Source: Promethearchaeota archaeon (GTDB lineage: Archaea; Asgardarchaeota; Lokiarchaeia; Sigyniarchaeales; SOKP01). Taken from it: a DNA stretch of 64,000 nucleotides. A model generated the notes under the pieces. It searched no databases. It was given only the letters and a program-made list of their open reading frames with translations, and had not been told where the DNA came from. The stretch covers positions 224,001 through 288,000 of the forward strand of contig JAEOSU010000072.1 of assembly GCA_016840165.1 (NCBI GenBank), given 5' to 3'. The first letter of the stretch is position 1; each line of letters begins with the position of its first letter. The translations under genes and the position numbers were made by a program. Positions 21,572 to 31,857 of this stretch are shown here, piece after piece.

Positions 21572-23545
21572 TTATATTAATTCATATAAATCGTTGATCA
21601 CATAATCCAAGTCAAGATTGCTTAAAGTTTTTATCAATGGATATCCATTTTCAGGATTCCATCCAATTTCTTGACAAAAAAGCTCATAAAATTTTTTATA
21701 TTCGATGGTGACCCCTTTATTTGGACCTTTCGTATCTGGTGGATCACCAATTATCCTTCCACTCAATTCATTTGTATGTATTTTAACCCCTTCTCTAATA
21801 TTGAAGGCTTGCCTAAGGGTTTGGATCCTTATTCCAGTTGTTATAAGTTCTTCAATACTCACATTCCACCCTGTTAATGAATTGATTAAACCTAAAAGAG
21901 GATAATTACCAAATTGAGAAGAGAATAAACACAATCCTAAACAGCTAATTACCTGATGAATAGCGGTTACTTTTCTTTGGGCTTTTTGTTTCCTTTTAGC
22001 ACTCCATTTCCACCCAAAAGGAAATTTTAATTCCTTGATAAAGGTATTCATATTACCAATATCAAAAAAATCAATACTTGCCGTGGTATGGCGTCCCGGT
22101 GTAGGATCATAGGCATATGAGAAGGCTAATGATTCTATTACTCTAGGATTATGCATTGGAATTTCAGAACCTAAAGAAGTAATTGCATACTTCTCGCTTC
22201 CATTTCCTATTTTTTCAGATGCTATTTTACATCCATCAGCTAATAAATCACCAAACCCTTCCCTATTAATTATTTTTTTTGTTAAAGAAACGATAGCATC
22301 TGCATTACCCCATGTTAATTCTAATCCATCAGTATCCTTTTTCGTTAATATCCCATTTTCATAACATTCAATGGCAAATCCTATTGTTACACCGGTAGAA
22401 ATTGTATCTATGGCTGCGCGATTACAAAGATCATTAATTTTTATAATTGACAATAAATCATCATTGAGTAGAAATGGACCAAATGCTGCACAGGTTTCAT
22501 ATTCTGGTTGGTGTGTCTCTTCAATACCTAACTCAGGAACTTTCAATATCGCTCCACATTGAATAGGACAGCTAAAACATCCATAATCTCTTACTTTATA
22601 TGTTATAATATTTGTTGATGAGAGTTTGATAGACTTTTCAAATGGAAAATCGTACATCCCAATACCTTTCCAATTTTTTATCGGAGTATCTCCATTTTCT
22701 GCAGAAATTGTATTCCCAGCAATAGTTCCAAGATGTCTATAAACCGATCTAATAATATTACTGGGTCCAGACATCCCAATATTGAGTTTTCTTAACATTT
22801 TTGCCATATTAGGGAGTTGATAAAGAATATATTTCATGGTTAGACCTGGATCTTTTGGTACGGCATTTTTATTGTACTTTTTTACATGTCCCATAAATTT
22901 TGATTTATCAGATATGTTAACTTTTCTATTACCATCTAAAATTAGAGACTTAAGTTTTTTAGACCCCATTATTGCACCTAAACCTGCCCTTGCGGCGATT
23001 CGACCATGATCATTGGTAATGCCAGATATTTTAGATAAATTTTCACCGGCTTTTCCGATTGAGGCGATTCGAACACTTGTTCCGAACTTTTCTTTTAATA
23101 ACTTTTCTGTTAATACAATATCCTTACCCCAATAATCAGTACCATCCAGAATTTGCCTTTCGGATTGTTTAATTAAGATAATTTTAGGTGAGTTCGACTT
23201 TCCCTCAATTAAAATTCCGTCATAACCACATTTTTTGATTGCAGGTCCAAAAGTTCCTCCTGCATTAGCATCTCCCCATGTATTGGTTAGTGGAGATTTA
23301 CCTACTACCATAAACCTTCCCGTGAGAGGCGCTGCAGTACCAGTTAAGAGTCCAGGAAAAAATCCTAATATTGAATCCTCTTCGAATGGAGATGTATGAA
23401 CAGGCATGTTTCTATAAATTAATTCACAACCTAAACCATAACCTCCAAGATAGGATCTATAGCTTGTTTCTGGAATATTTTGCTCTCGAAAGGTTTCCGT
23501 TGATAAATCAACCCATAAAACCTTCCCAAAAAACCCTTTATTCAT
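21572..23545 (-). CDS. aor: Tungsten-type aldehyde:ferredoxin oxidoreductase family protein
   Basis: KSPLTNTWGDANAGG, AARAGLGAIMGSKKLK, CFSCPIQC, PEYET, DTIS. Confidence 0.93.
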   Translation of the reverse strand: MNKGFFGKVLWVDLSTETFREQNIPETSYRSYLGGYGLGCELIYRNMPVHTSPFEEDSILGFFPGLLTGTAAPLTGRFMVVGKSPLTNTWGDANAGGTFGPAIKKCGYDGILIEGKSNSPKIILIKQSERQILDGTDYWGKDIVLTEKLLKEKFGTSVRIASIGKAGENLSKISGITNDHGRIAARAGLGAIMGSKKLKSLILDGNRKVNISDKSKFMGHVKKYNKNAVPKDPGLTMKYILYQLPNMAKMLRKLNIGMSGPSNIIRSVYRHLGTIAGNTISAENGDTPIKNWKGIGMYDFPFEKSIKLSSTNIITYKVRDYGCFSCPIQCGAILKVPELGIEETHQPEYETCAAFGPFLLNDDLLSIIKINDLCNRAAIDTISTGVTIGFAIECYENGILTKKDTDGLELTWGNADAIVSLTKKIINREGFGDLLADGCKIASEKIGNGSEKYAITSLGSEIPMHNPRVIESLAFSYAYDPTPGRHTTASIDFFDIGNMNTFIKELKFPFGWKWSAKRKQKAQRKVTAIHQVISCLGLCLFSSQFGNYPLLGLINSLTGWNVSIEELITTGIRIQTLRQAFNIREGVKIHTNELSGRIIGDPPDTKGPNKGVTIEYKKFYELFCQEIGWNPENGYPLIKTLSNLDLDYVINDLYELI

Positions 23546-23666
23546 TTAGTTAAGAGAAAAATTGCTTTTTAATTTGTTAATATCTAATTTATATGATGAA
23601 AGATAAATCTAAATCTTATTTAAATTACATCAGAAAAATACAAAAAAAATCAATAAAACGTATTAT

Positions 23667-23860
23667 ACTCATTAAGGGAGAACAGTTTCTACCTTCTTAT
23701 CGGGATAAAGCGAAACATATAAATATGTCGTTTATCAGTAATATATTGATCGCGAAAAGTACGGAATGAATCACGTAAATACTGTTTTCTTATAGTATCT
23801 CAATGAGTTAAGGGAGATCTACATAGCGTTAAGCAAGTGCCGATTGATAGATTATCAATC
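23667..23860 (+). other. Structured intergenic element (candidate ncRNA or operator array)
   Basis: Nested pairings 23667-73/23802-08, 23676-86/23781-91 and 23704-36, a further hairpin at 23842-60, and a 10-bp direct repeat TTAAGGGAGA at 23672 and 23808. Confidence 0.35.
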
Positions 23861-23892
23861 ATAAGTTTTAAAATTTTTATAGGAGGAAAATT

Positions 23893-24102
23893 ATGGAAAT
23901 ACTGTCAAAGATAAAAAAGGAAGAGAAAGATATTACTATGTTTATTGATTGGGATAAATATAAAAATAGATTCTATAATAACTTATATTTGGAAGATTTT
24001 AAGTTTGTAATCAAGATGCCTTTAATTGAAAATGAAGATTTAGATATAAAAATTAAAAAATTTGATTTGACAGAATATACTTATTTAATTTCTTATGATT
24101 AA
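23893..24102 (+). CDS. Small hypothetical protein
   Basis: 69-aa ORF with a strong AGGAGG RBS. Confidence 0.55.
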   Translation: MEILSKIKKEEKDITMFIDWDKYKNRFYNNLYLEDFKFVIKMPLIENEDLDIKIKKFDLTEYTYLISYD

Positions 24103-24110
24103 TTGAATAT

Positions 24111-24239
24111 TTATTGTATTAAATTTCTACTTCTTAGATCCTCATTCCAACACGCAAAACACATATATTCATGTTCGTTTAATTTTACCAGATCTTTTAT
24201 AGAGCGGATCATTCCACATTTCTTGCATTTTTTCTTCAT
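24111..24239 (-). CDS. 42-aa zinc-finger microprotein (not in the ORF track)
   Basis: Manual translation MKKKCKKCGMIRSIKDLVKLNEHEYMCFACWNEDLRSRNLIQ*, with CxxC...CxxC and GAGGA upstream. Confidence 0.7.
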   Translation of the reverse strand: MKKKCKKCGMIRSIKDLVKLNEHEYMCFACWNEDLRSRNLIQ

Positions 24240-24274
24240 ATAATATTTAATCCTCTTCTATCAACTTTAATTAT

Positions 24275-25684
24275 TTAGTTTAATTGGATTTTTCTGTATT
24301 TCTCTGGAATCAAGACTTTTATTTCTGAATTTTCCAATAAGCTTTCAAAAAAATGTGGATATTCTGTGTGGATTGGAATCAGTGTAGTTGGATTTACGTT
24401 GATTATGAACTTATATAAATCATGAGGCATAATATGTCCAGAAGCATGTATTTGATAAGAAGGAATGCCTAATTGCATCAATTTTCGACTAATTGAATGA
24501 TTATCGTCAACATATTCTTCCGTATAAGGATCTAAATATGAGGAAATAAATACGCCTTTAAATTTTTTGTTTAGTTTTTCAATTAATTTTATGGGTAATC
24601 GAGTTAAATATAATAGGAATTTTTTATTCAAATTACTAATATCTTTAGTTTTAAGAAGTCTATTTCCCTTTCCTTCTTTATAGAGTTTGGTCCGAATAGT
24701 CTCTTGCCATTTAAACCTTACATCACCATTGGTAATGATTAGAATATGATCGTCATTTAATATGTTCGGATGACGCATTGATTCGTATATTTTGTCTTTA
24801 TTCATTAAATAGTAAAAGTAGGCATCTTTTTCTGAAATTATATAGTTAAAATCATTCATTTTTGCTATAACCGAATATGTTCTAAATCGATCCCAGTTTA
24901 ACCGGTCGTATTTTACCAATGCATAATCATAGGGCATTTGTTTAAAAAGCTGCTTCAGATTCCGTTTTACTTTTTTTTCGGACTCAAAATGACCTTGATT
25001 GACATGAGTGCCCTCACAAATTAAGGTATTCACTTTATATTCCTTAATTTTTTTCACAAAATCATAAGACATCCATGATAATGGTCCATGCATTCGAAAA
25101 TCACCAGTATATACACAATTTCCTGCTGATGTTTTTATTATAAAACCATAAGATGCGGGTATCGAATGATCAACATGACATGGGATTATCTCCAATCCAT
25201 TTATATGAATAATATCGCCTGTTCGAAACAATTTCCATTTAATACCTTCAAAATTGTTGATAATTGAACGTTTAGTACATTTATAGTATGCTGAAATGAT
25301 TTTTTGAGTGAATTCTCCTGCATAAACCGGAATATTTCGGTTAATGAAGGACAATGCTAAAAAATGATCTCTATGTGGATGGGAGATTATGATTGCATCT
25401 AGTTTTGAGGATGCGTTTGAAGGGTTGTATTTAATTTTCACTGACTCTCTTTGATATAAATTTAAAAATCCTATTTCTGCTTCATCTGGTAGTAATCCTA
25501 ACCGTATAAGCTCTTCCACAGATTTGGGAAACTGGAGGTATTCATAATGATTGTTATAAGATTTTATGTTAATACCAAAATCGATGAATAACTTAACGTT
25601 ATGGATGTGATCTTCTAATAAAAGCGCGTTTCCCCCAACTTCATTTATGCCCCCACAAAAAGTCAAATCAACTTTAGATTCCAA
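24275..25684 (-). CDS. RNase J-like metallo-beta-lactamase/beta-CASP hydrolase
   Basis: GGINEVGGN, HPHRDH, VDHS, GDFRMHG, CEGT, HASGH, IPIHTE. Confidence 0.85.
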   Translation of the reverse strand: MESKVDLTFCGGINEVGGNALLLEDHIHNVKLFIDFGINIKSYNNHYEYLQFPKSVEELIRLGLLPDEAEIGFLNLYQRESVKIKYNPSNASSKLDAIIISHPHRDHFLALSFINRNIPVYAGEFTQKIISAYYKCTKRSIINNFEGIKWKLFRTGDIIHINGLEIIPCHVDHSIPASYGFIIKTSAGNCVYTGDFRMHGPLSWMSYDFVKKIKEYKVNTLICEGTHVNQGHFESEKKVKRNLKQLFKQMPYDYALVKYDRLNWDRFRTYSVIAKMNDFNYIISEKDAYFYYLMNKDKIYESMRHPNILNDDHILIITNGDVRFKWQETIRTKLYKEGKGNRLLKTKDISNLNKKFLLYLTRLPIKLIEKLNKKFKGVFISSYLDPYTEEYVDDNHSISRKLMQLGIPSYQIHASGHIMPHDLYKFIINVNPTTLIPIHTEYPHFFESLLENSEIKVLIPEKYRKIQLN

Positions 25685-26309
25685 TCGAGATCTTCTTTTA
25701 AGGTGGAATTTTTACACTTTATGTCTTTACAATAAGAGAATATGCTTAACTTATAAAAATTTAAGCAAATTGATTATGGGAATGTTTTTTTCTAATTGAA
25801 ATACTTGCTTTTATCGGCCAATATAGAGAATATTATTATAAATTAATGCCAATTTTTTATAATAATTAAATAGTAAAAACTTATATGAGAATACAACAAT
25901 AAAACCTATTTAAAAGGAAAAGGTGAAAGGCTCCGTAATCTGAGCTAATTTTTTTAAGGGATAGAGAGAATTATACGCTATTCTAAGCGCATAATAGAGG
26001 GCGAAATCCAATGTTAAGCTCAAATTTTGGAATCCTTCAGTGTTACTAAATATACTATTTTTAAGCTATTTAATAATTATAGGGTCCAATTTTAATTTGT
26101 AGCACTAGTACGGAAATGTAAAAATTTACCGACAAAATTCATCTTAAAAGACAAATAGAGTTCCCGATGATAACATTTATTTCTAGTTATCAATTATAAA
26201 TAGAGTTCGAGAAATTATTATCATTTTAAGGTGTAGTAATTTATTTTCTCAATAAAATATAAAACGAACTTACATAATCGGTCTTTTAGATTATATTATA
26301 GGGATTGAA

Positions 26310-26906
26310 ATGTATGAAAAAGAAATGGTTATGAATGGATATAATGTAATTGCGAATGATTATTATACTCACAGAGATTTGAATAAATTTAATGGAGAAC
26401 TGGAGAATTTTTCGAATCTGATTCCTGAAGGAGGCAGAGTTCTAGATGTTGGATGCGGTGCGGGAATACCAACTGCTAGATATTTGGTAAAAAAAGGTTT
26501 AAAAGTAACCGGTATTGATATTTCAGAGAAAATGCTTCAAATGGCACGAAAGAACGTCCCTGAGGCCGACTTTTTCAAGAAAGATATGATGCTGCTTGAT
26601 TTCGATGATAATAAATTCGATGGTATTATTTCTGTATATGCTCTCTTTCATGTTCCTAAGCAAGAACAATTTAAAATATTTCAAAATTTTTATCGGATCT
26701 TAAAACCCGCAGGAATTCTATTGATTAATACTGGAATCTCGGAATCTGAAGGAGTGAGTAGTTTTTTTGGCGTTCCGATGTTCTGGAGTAATAATAAACC
26801 TGAGAAGACCTTAGAATCTATTAAAAAGTCTGGTTTTTCAATCATTTTCGATGGAGTACTCCAAAGAGGGGGAGAGTTTCAATACTGGATAATCGCTAAA
26901 AAATAA
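26310..26906 (+). CDS. Class I SAM-dependent methyltransferase
   Basis: VLDVGCGAG, GIDISEKML, RILKPAG. Confidence 0.9.
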   Translation: MYEKEMVMNGYNVIANDYYTHRDLNKFNGELENFSNLIPEGGRVLDVGCGAGIPTARYLVKKGLKVTGIDISEKMLQMARKNVPEADFFKKDMMLLDFDDNKFDGIISVYALFHVPKQEQFKIFQNFYRILKPAGILLINTGISESEGVSSFFGVPMFWSNNKPEKTLESIKKSGFSIIFDGVLQRGGEFQYWIIAKK

Positions 26907-27327
26907 AATAATATTTGTTCTTTTCAATTATCTTAAAAAAAATTTAAAATAAGTTTGATAGTTTAGTTCCTAAAGCCTTAGTAAAAGTTTGAAATTTAAA
27001 AAAAAGATTTGATTAAGATTTCTAATCTCTGAAACCATAATAGATATTTATTAGTAAAAGTAATACTCTTCTTATAGAAATACTAATGATTCCAAAAGAA
27101 AGTATTGGATCTTGACCAATTGTGAAGAGAAACAACGCAATCATTATTGCTATGAAAACTAGTATTGAGAAGAGACTTTTTTGTATTGAGAAGAGTCATT
27201 TTCATTTTTTTATGATTTTATTTGGATAAAAAATAATAAGAAAATAATAACTGATATATTTATTCTTATTCCTAAATTGTTGAAGAACTATCTTTATTAT
27301 ATATAGTATATATTTAATATGTGTTTT

Positions 27328-28776
27328 TTAGTCTAGTTGTATTCGCCTAATATTATCTGAAAGCTTATCATCATCAATTTTTTGAGATTCTTTCCCGCGT
27401 TCTAAATAGTAGAACCTAGAATGTTCTGGTTGGAATTTTTCTTTTAGGATCTTCATAACATTTAATCCTTTTGAATATTCATCACAAACAAAAATATCGA
27501 TGCTGATATAGCCATGTTCTGGCCAAGTATGGATAGCGGCATGACTAGATTTTAAGATCGCTATAGCAGTATAACCATATGGATGAAATGCATATTTAAA
27601 AACATCATGAACTATTATTCCAGTGGAAAATAAAGATTCAAGAAAGATGCGATGGATTTCTTCATTTTTCATTAAAATTTGCTGGTTTTTAAATTGTATC
27701 TCTCCCACAAAATGATGCCCTATCGGTCGAAATGGGATATCAACTCCACGTTTTAATTGACTTGTATAAATTTTTGGGTATTTCAATCGCAATTGACCCT
27801 CATCTTCATGGATCTCACTTAAAGTAAGATAATAAAGATCGCTAAACTGTCCTATGATACTTGCTCCTTCGTAGCGGTTAAAATCAGGAAGCATCTCTTT
27901 GATCACAAAGCCATGATCCAGTATCGACATTTGAATTTTCTGCATTTCTTTTGGTGGTTTGTTGCCAAAACAGAGGATACACTTTTTACCAATCGAAATG
28001 TATTGCTTTTTCTCAATTTGAATTGATGTTCTTAGAACTTGTTTTGCTCGTTTTAAAAACAGACGCAGTCCTTGATTGGTATAAGGAGGGTCCATGATGA
28101 CAACGTCATAATTATTTAAAAAATTAGATGGAAGAGGTTCTCTTAAATCGTGCTTAAGAAAGCCAATATTTTTGATCGAATTAAGCTCTGCAACATCTGA
28201 AAGATAATTTAATATCTTATCATCTACATCAATAACAGTAATTAGATCAGCAAGATTGGTTAATCCTACTAAAATAGAAGTTGCATCATCATCGCCAAGA
28301 AAAATTAGTTTTCTTCCTTCGATATCCCCTTTTTTCGCAAGATAGAGAGTTCTTTCAACGACAGTGGGAATAGTTGCATGAGCTTGATCATAGGAATAAT
28401 TTGGTTCCGGTCTACTTTCAAGATAGTTAGTACTATCTTTTAAAAATTCGAAGAGTTTGGGAAGGTTCTCAAATGGAAAATCAAAATCTTTCGGGAGAGG
28501 ATCAAAATCAAATTGGAGATGCAAATTTTCTTTTACCCATTCTTGTCCCTTCAGTCCGAGCCTATTCCTTTTTTCAATAACTCCTGCTTTTACTAATTCT
28601 GACCTGACTGCTGCTAATGCGGGAATTGCGATTCCTGTTTTTTGAGCCAATTTCTTGTTTTTAAGCGTAGGAAAACGATACATATAGAGAAGGATGGAAC
28701 GAATCCCCTCCAAACCTTCTGCTAGGTCAGCTTTTTCGGCAATAAGGGTTAGAATAACTTCTGCATTTTCATTCAT
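27328..28776 (-). CDS. bpsA-speD: Fusion: BpsA-like branched-chain polyamine (aminopropyl)transferase + pyruvoyl S-adenosylmethionine decarboxylase
   Basis: RPEPNYSYDQAHAT, FLGDDD, HDLREPLP and DPPYT (BpsA family); C-terminal FHPYGYTAIAILKSSHAAIHTWPEHGYISIDIFVC (SpeD family). Confidence 0.85.
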   Translation of the reverse strand: MNENAEVILTLIAEKADLAEGLEGIRSILLYMYRFPTLKNKKLAQKTGIAIPALAAVRSELVKAGVIEKRNRLGLKGQEWVKENLHLQFDFDPLPKDFDFPFENLPKLFEFLKDSTNYLESRPEPNYSYDQAHATIPTVVERTLYLAKKGDIEGRKLIFLGDDDATSILVGLTNLADLITVIDVDDKILNYLSDVAELNSIKNIGFLKHDLREPLPSNFLNNYDVVIMDPPYTNQGLRLFLKRAKQVLRTSIQIEKKQYISIGKKCILCFGNKPPKEMQKIQMSILDHGFVIKEMLPDFNRYEGASIIGQFSDLYYLTLSEIHEDEGQLRLKYPKIYTSQLKRGVDIPFRPIGHHFVGEIQFKNQQILMKNEEIHRIFLESLFSTGIIVHDVFKYAFHPYGYTAIAILKSSHAAIHTWPEHGYISIDIFVCDEYSKGLNVMKILKEKFQPEHSRFYYLERGKESQKIDDDKLSDNIRRIQLD

Positions 28777-28865
28777 TAATAATATAAAATCTTGCTTTGC
28801 TTTTGTTTTTTAACCATCTAAATCTAACATGGATTAAGAAGAATATAAAGGAAATAAATTCAATT

Positions 28866-29753
28866 CTAATTGTTTTTTCTTTTTTTCTTCTTACTGATAA
28901 TATCGTAAAATTCGAGATTTATTTGATCTTCACTTGTAAAGAATTGTTTAGTAAAGAGATAATTGGTGACAATGCTTGTAAAAAATGCTGCTGTCAATAA
29001 CATCATAAATACTATAATTTGATTTACTGCGGCCTCTATAGGAGAAGCTCCACCGATAATCATACCAGACATTAATCCTGGAATAGTAACTATTCCTAAA
29101 ACAGCTACTCGATTGATAGTAGGGACAAGACTAGCTCGAAAGGAATCACGTAATAAACCTCTAATTGATCTAATTGGAGTTGCCCCTAGTGCTAAGGCGG
29201 CTTCAATTTCTCCCTTAGATTTTAATAAATCTGACTTTAAACGCTCGAGGGCTACACCAGATTCTCTCATTGCAAAAAATATCACCATACTTCCCACTGG
29301 TATAACAAAACTTCCAAGAGATGAACCTGCAGTTTCGGTAGGGTGATAGATAATACCATCAAAATTTGGAATCGCAGTGGAAAAAATAGCAAACGTCATG
29401 ATAATCATGACACTCATTGTAATAGCTATAAAGTTAAATGCAAATATCTTAGGATAAGGATAAGAACGCCAATTAGTAAATGCCGCAAAGAAGCACATGA
29501 ACAAAAGTATAATATATAATAGCCAGATCTCATTTATTCCAAAGATCAGAAGTAGAATTGAACCGAGAAGCACAATTTGAACCAAACCACGTAAAAAACT
29601 CCAGAATATCTTTTTTTCCAAATAAGTTTTTTGCCAGAGAGAGAAAAGTATCAAAACTACTAGTAAAATACTTGCAAGGGCAAGTCGAATCCAAATGTTA
29701 GGATTTGACAGGGTTAGGACGATTTCACTAAATATATCTATGATATCTGTCAT
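28866..29753 (-). CDS. fetB: FetB/UPF0014 ABC permease
   Basis: RGLVQIVLLG, EIEAALALGAT, GIVTIPGLMSGMIIGGASPIEA. Confidence 0.85.
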   Translation of the reverse strand: MTDIIDIFSEIVLTLSNPNIWIRLALASILLVVLILFSLWQKTYLEKKIFWSFLRGLVQIVLLGSILLLIFGINEIWLLYIILLFMCFFAAFTNWRSYPYPKIFAFNFIAITMSVMIIMTFAIFSTAIPNFDGIIYHPTETAGSSLGSFVIPVGSMVIFFAMRESGVALERLKSDLLKSKGEIEAALALGATPIRSIRGLLRDSFRASLVPTINRVAVLGIVTIPGLMSGMIIGGASPIEAAVNQIIVFMMLLTAAFFTSIVTNYLFTKQFFTSEDQINLEFYDIISKKKKRKNN

Positions 29754-30505
29754 TTTTTTTCCTCCGTTATTTTTTCTTTGAAAAAGGAATGAATTTCATT
29801 TATATCATATTTAGAGAAAAAATTATCCGTACTAATCTTTTCAATCAACTTCCCTTCACGTAAAAATAAGATTGATTCTGTTAATCGCTCAGTCTGTTCT
29901 AAAGAATGTGTGACAATAATAATTTTAATTCCTTCTTGATTCAATTGCTTGAGTGTCGTCTCAATAATCTCTTCTGAATTGATATCAAGAGAACTTGTTG
30001 GTTCATCAAGAAGAAGCACGTATGGCCTGTTTGCTAAACTTCGTGCTAAACTTACTCTCTGTTGTTCGCCTCCTGACAACCCTTCCACCTGTCTATTGAG
30101 AAATTCCTTCCCTAACGCGACTTTTTGGAGTAATTGAATTAAATCGTTATCTGAATATTCGATAGCCCATATTTTTGGTCCATAGAGTATATTTTCTTTT
30201 ATCGTCCCATTAAATAAGAATGGACGTTGCTGGACTAACCCAATTTCTTTTCGAATGATTTGGGGGGGTATATCTTTGGTATCTTGAGTTTTATAAAAGA
30301 TTTTGCCTTCTGAGGGAGATATTAATTTGTTTAATAATCGCAGAAAGGTGCTTTTTCCCGCACCAGAAGGTCCAATAATACCAGTAATACCACTTGAGTT
30401 AATATCAGCTGTAATGTCATTTAAAATCTTGTTCTCTCCAACTTGAAAAGCAATATTAACTAATTTAAACAATTCATTATTCTTTTCTATATTAGGAGTA
30501 GTCAT
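29750..30505 (-). CDS. fetA: FetA-like ABC ATP-binding protein
   Basis: GPSGAGKST, LSGGEQQ, LLLDEPT; ATGA overlap with fetB. Confidence 0.85.
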   Translation of the reverse strand: MTTPNIEKNNELFKLVNIAFQVGENKILNDITADINSSGITGIIGPSGAGKSTFLRLLNKLISPSEGKIFYKTQDTKDIPPQIIRKEIGLVQQRPFLFNGTIKENILYGPKIWAIEYSDNDLIQLLQKVALGKEFLNRQVEGLSGGEQQRVSLARSLANRPYVLLLDEPTSSLDINSEEIIETTLKQLNQEGIKIIIVTHSLEQTERLTESILFLREGKLIEKISTDNFFSKYDINEIHSFFKEKITEEKK

Positions 30506-30694
30506 AATTATAACTGTAGAAGAAGAAATAGTAAAAAAAAGTTCTCTACATAGTTTATAATTTTTTTGCGATTATGATATAAAAGGATCATAGAGCAAAG
30601 TTGTTAGTCCCATATATCCGTATTTATTTTATAAAACTAACTTTTAAATATAATTTCCCTAATATTGAGATAAATTATTCAAGATAGAGTTAAT

Positions 30695-31822
30695 ATGGGT
30701 TTACACACAAAATATGCTCCAGCGGAACGAGCGAATCCTGAAAAACTAAAGAAGCAATCAAAATATTTTGAAAATAATAATCTCCTCGATAATTTTTTAA
30801 GAAATATTCCTGCCATATTTATCATTATCAATGAACAGAGACAGATTGTATACCTAAATAATGGAGCGTTAGAATTTTCAGGTTTAAGTGAAGCAGCTCC
30901 AGCAATTGGAAAAAGACCGGGAGAATTGATAGGATGTATTCATTCAGATGAAGAGGAAGGGGGATGTGGTACCTCAGAATCTTGCACTTATTGTGGTGCT
31001 GTTAATGCTGTATTAGAAAGTCAAAGGACTAGTGAGAAAGCAGTAATGGATTGCAGATTAATTGTTGGTCCAGAAGAAAATGCTTATGATTTGCGAGTAT
31101 GGGCGACACCATTAGCCTTTAAAAATGAAAAATTTACAATGGTTACTATCCAGGATATTCGGAATGAAAAATGGCGAGGATTCTTAGAACGCATATTTTT
31201 CCATGATCTATTAAATATCATGACAGCTCTTCTCGGAAATATAGAACTTTACAAACTAGAAAATCAAAATTCTAAGAATAATGATCACATTCACCATATT
31301 GATACTATAGCAGGATATTTGTTGCAAGAAATAGAAAGTCAAAGGTTAATAATGAATGCTGAAAATGATTTATTAAAAATTAATCCAGAATTAGTTAATT
31401 CTAAAGATATTTTGAGTGAACTTATTGAATTATATCGCAATAATCAATTAATTAATGGAAAGAGGATTAAAGTCTCTCCGAATTCAGAGTTTATTGATAT
31501 GTTAACGGATAAAATTATTCTCAGGAGGATATTAGGAAACATTTTGAAGAATGCTCTTGAAGCAACTCCTGAAGGAGGTTTAGTGACAATTGGGTGTTTG
31601 AAGAAAAATTCAATGATGAACTTCTGGGTACATAACTCAGGATTTATCCCAAGAGACGTACAAATACAGATTTTTACGCGATCTTTCTCAACAAAGGGAA
31701 ATGGAAGGGGTTTAGGATGTTATTCAATGAAATTATTAAGTCGTTTTCTCGATGGAGAGGTCTCTTTTTCTACTTCTAAAGAGAAAGGAACTATATTTAA
31801 GATAGATCTTCCGTTAAAATAA
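30695..31822 (+). CDS. Soluble PAS-like sensor histidine kinase with a Cys-rich sensor
   Basis: FFHDLLN H-box, NILKNALEA N-box, FSTKGNGRGLG; N-terminal GCIH...GCGTSESCTYC. Confidence 0.88.
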   Translation: MGLHTKYAPAERANPEKLKKQSKYFENNNLLDNFLRNIPAIFIIINEQRQIVYLNNGALEFSGLSEAAPAIGKRPGELIGCIHSDEEEGGCGTSESCTYCGAVNAVLESQRTSEKAVMDCRLIVGPEENAYDLRVWATPLAFKNEKFTMVTIQDIRNEKWRGFLERIFFHDLLNIMTALLGNIELYKLENQNSKNNDHIHHIDTIAGYLLQEIESQRLIMNAENDLLKINPELVNSKDILSELIELYRNNQLINGKRIKVSPNSEFIDMLTDKIILRRILGNILKNALEATPEGGLVTIGCLKKNSMMNFWVHNSGFIPRDVQIQIFTRSFSTKGNGRGLGCYSMKLLSRFLDGEVSFSTSKEKGTIFKIDLPLK

Positions 31823-31857
31823 GAATATTTCACAAATTTTGTTTTAGAGGAAAACCA

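Noticed and set aside
25910-25950. Cobalamin riboswitch-like AAAAGGAAAAGGTGAAA string
   Set aside because: The downstream conserved elements (CCCGC..ACTGT, B12 box) are missing and no B12 gene follows.
27030-27205. 13-bp direct repeat GTATTGAGAAGAG (21-nt period) and a short hydrophobic minus-strand frame
   Set aside because: Only two copies, so not a CRISPR array. The hydrophobic frame has no start codon at its 5' end; probably a decayed gene or chance.
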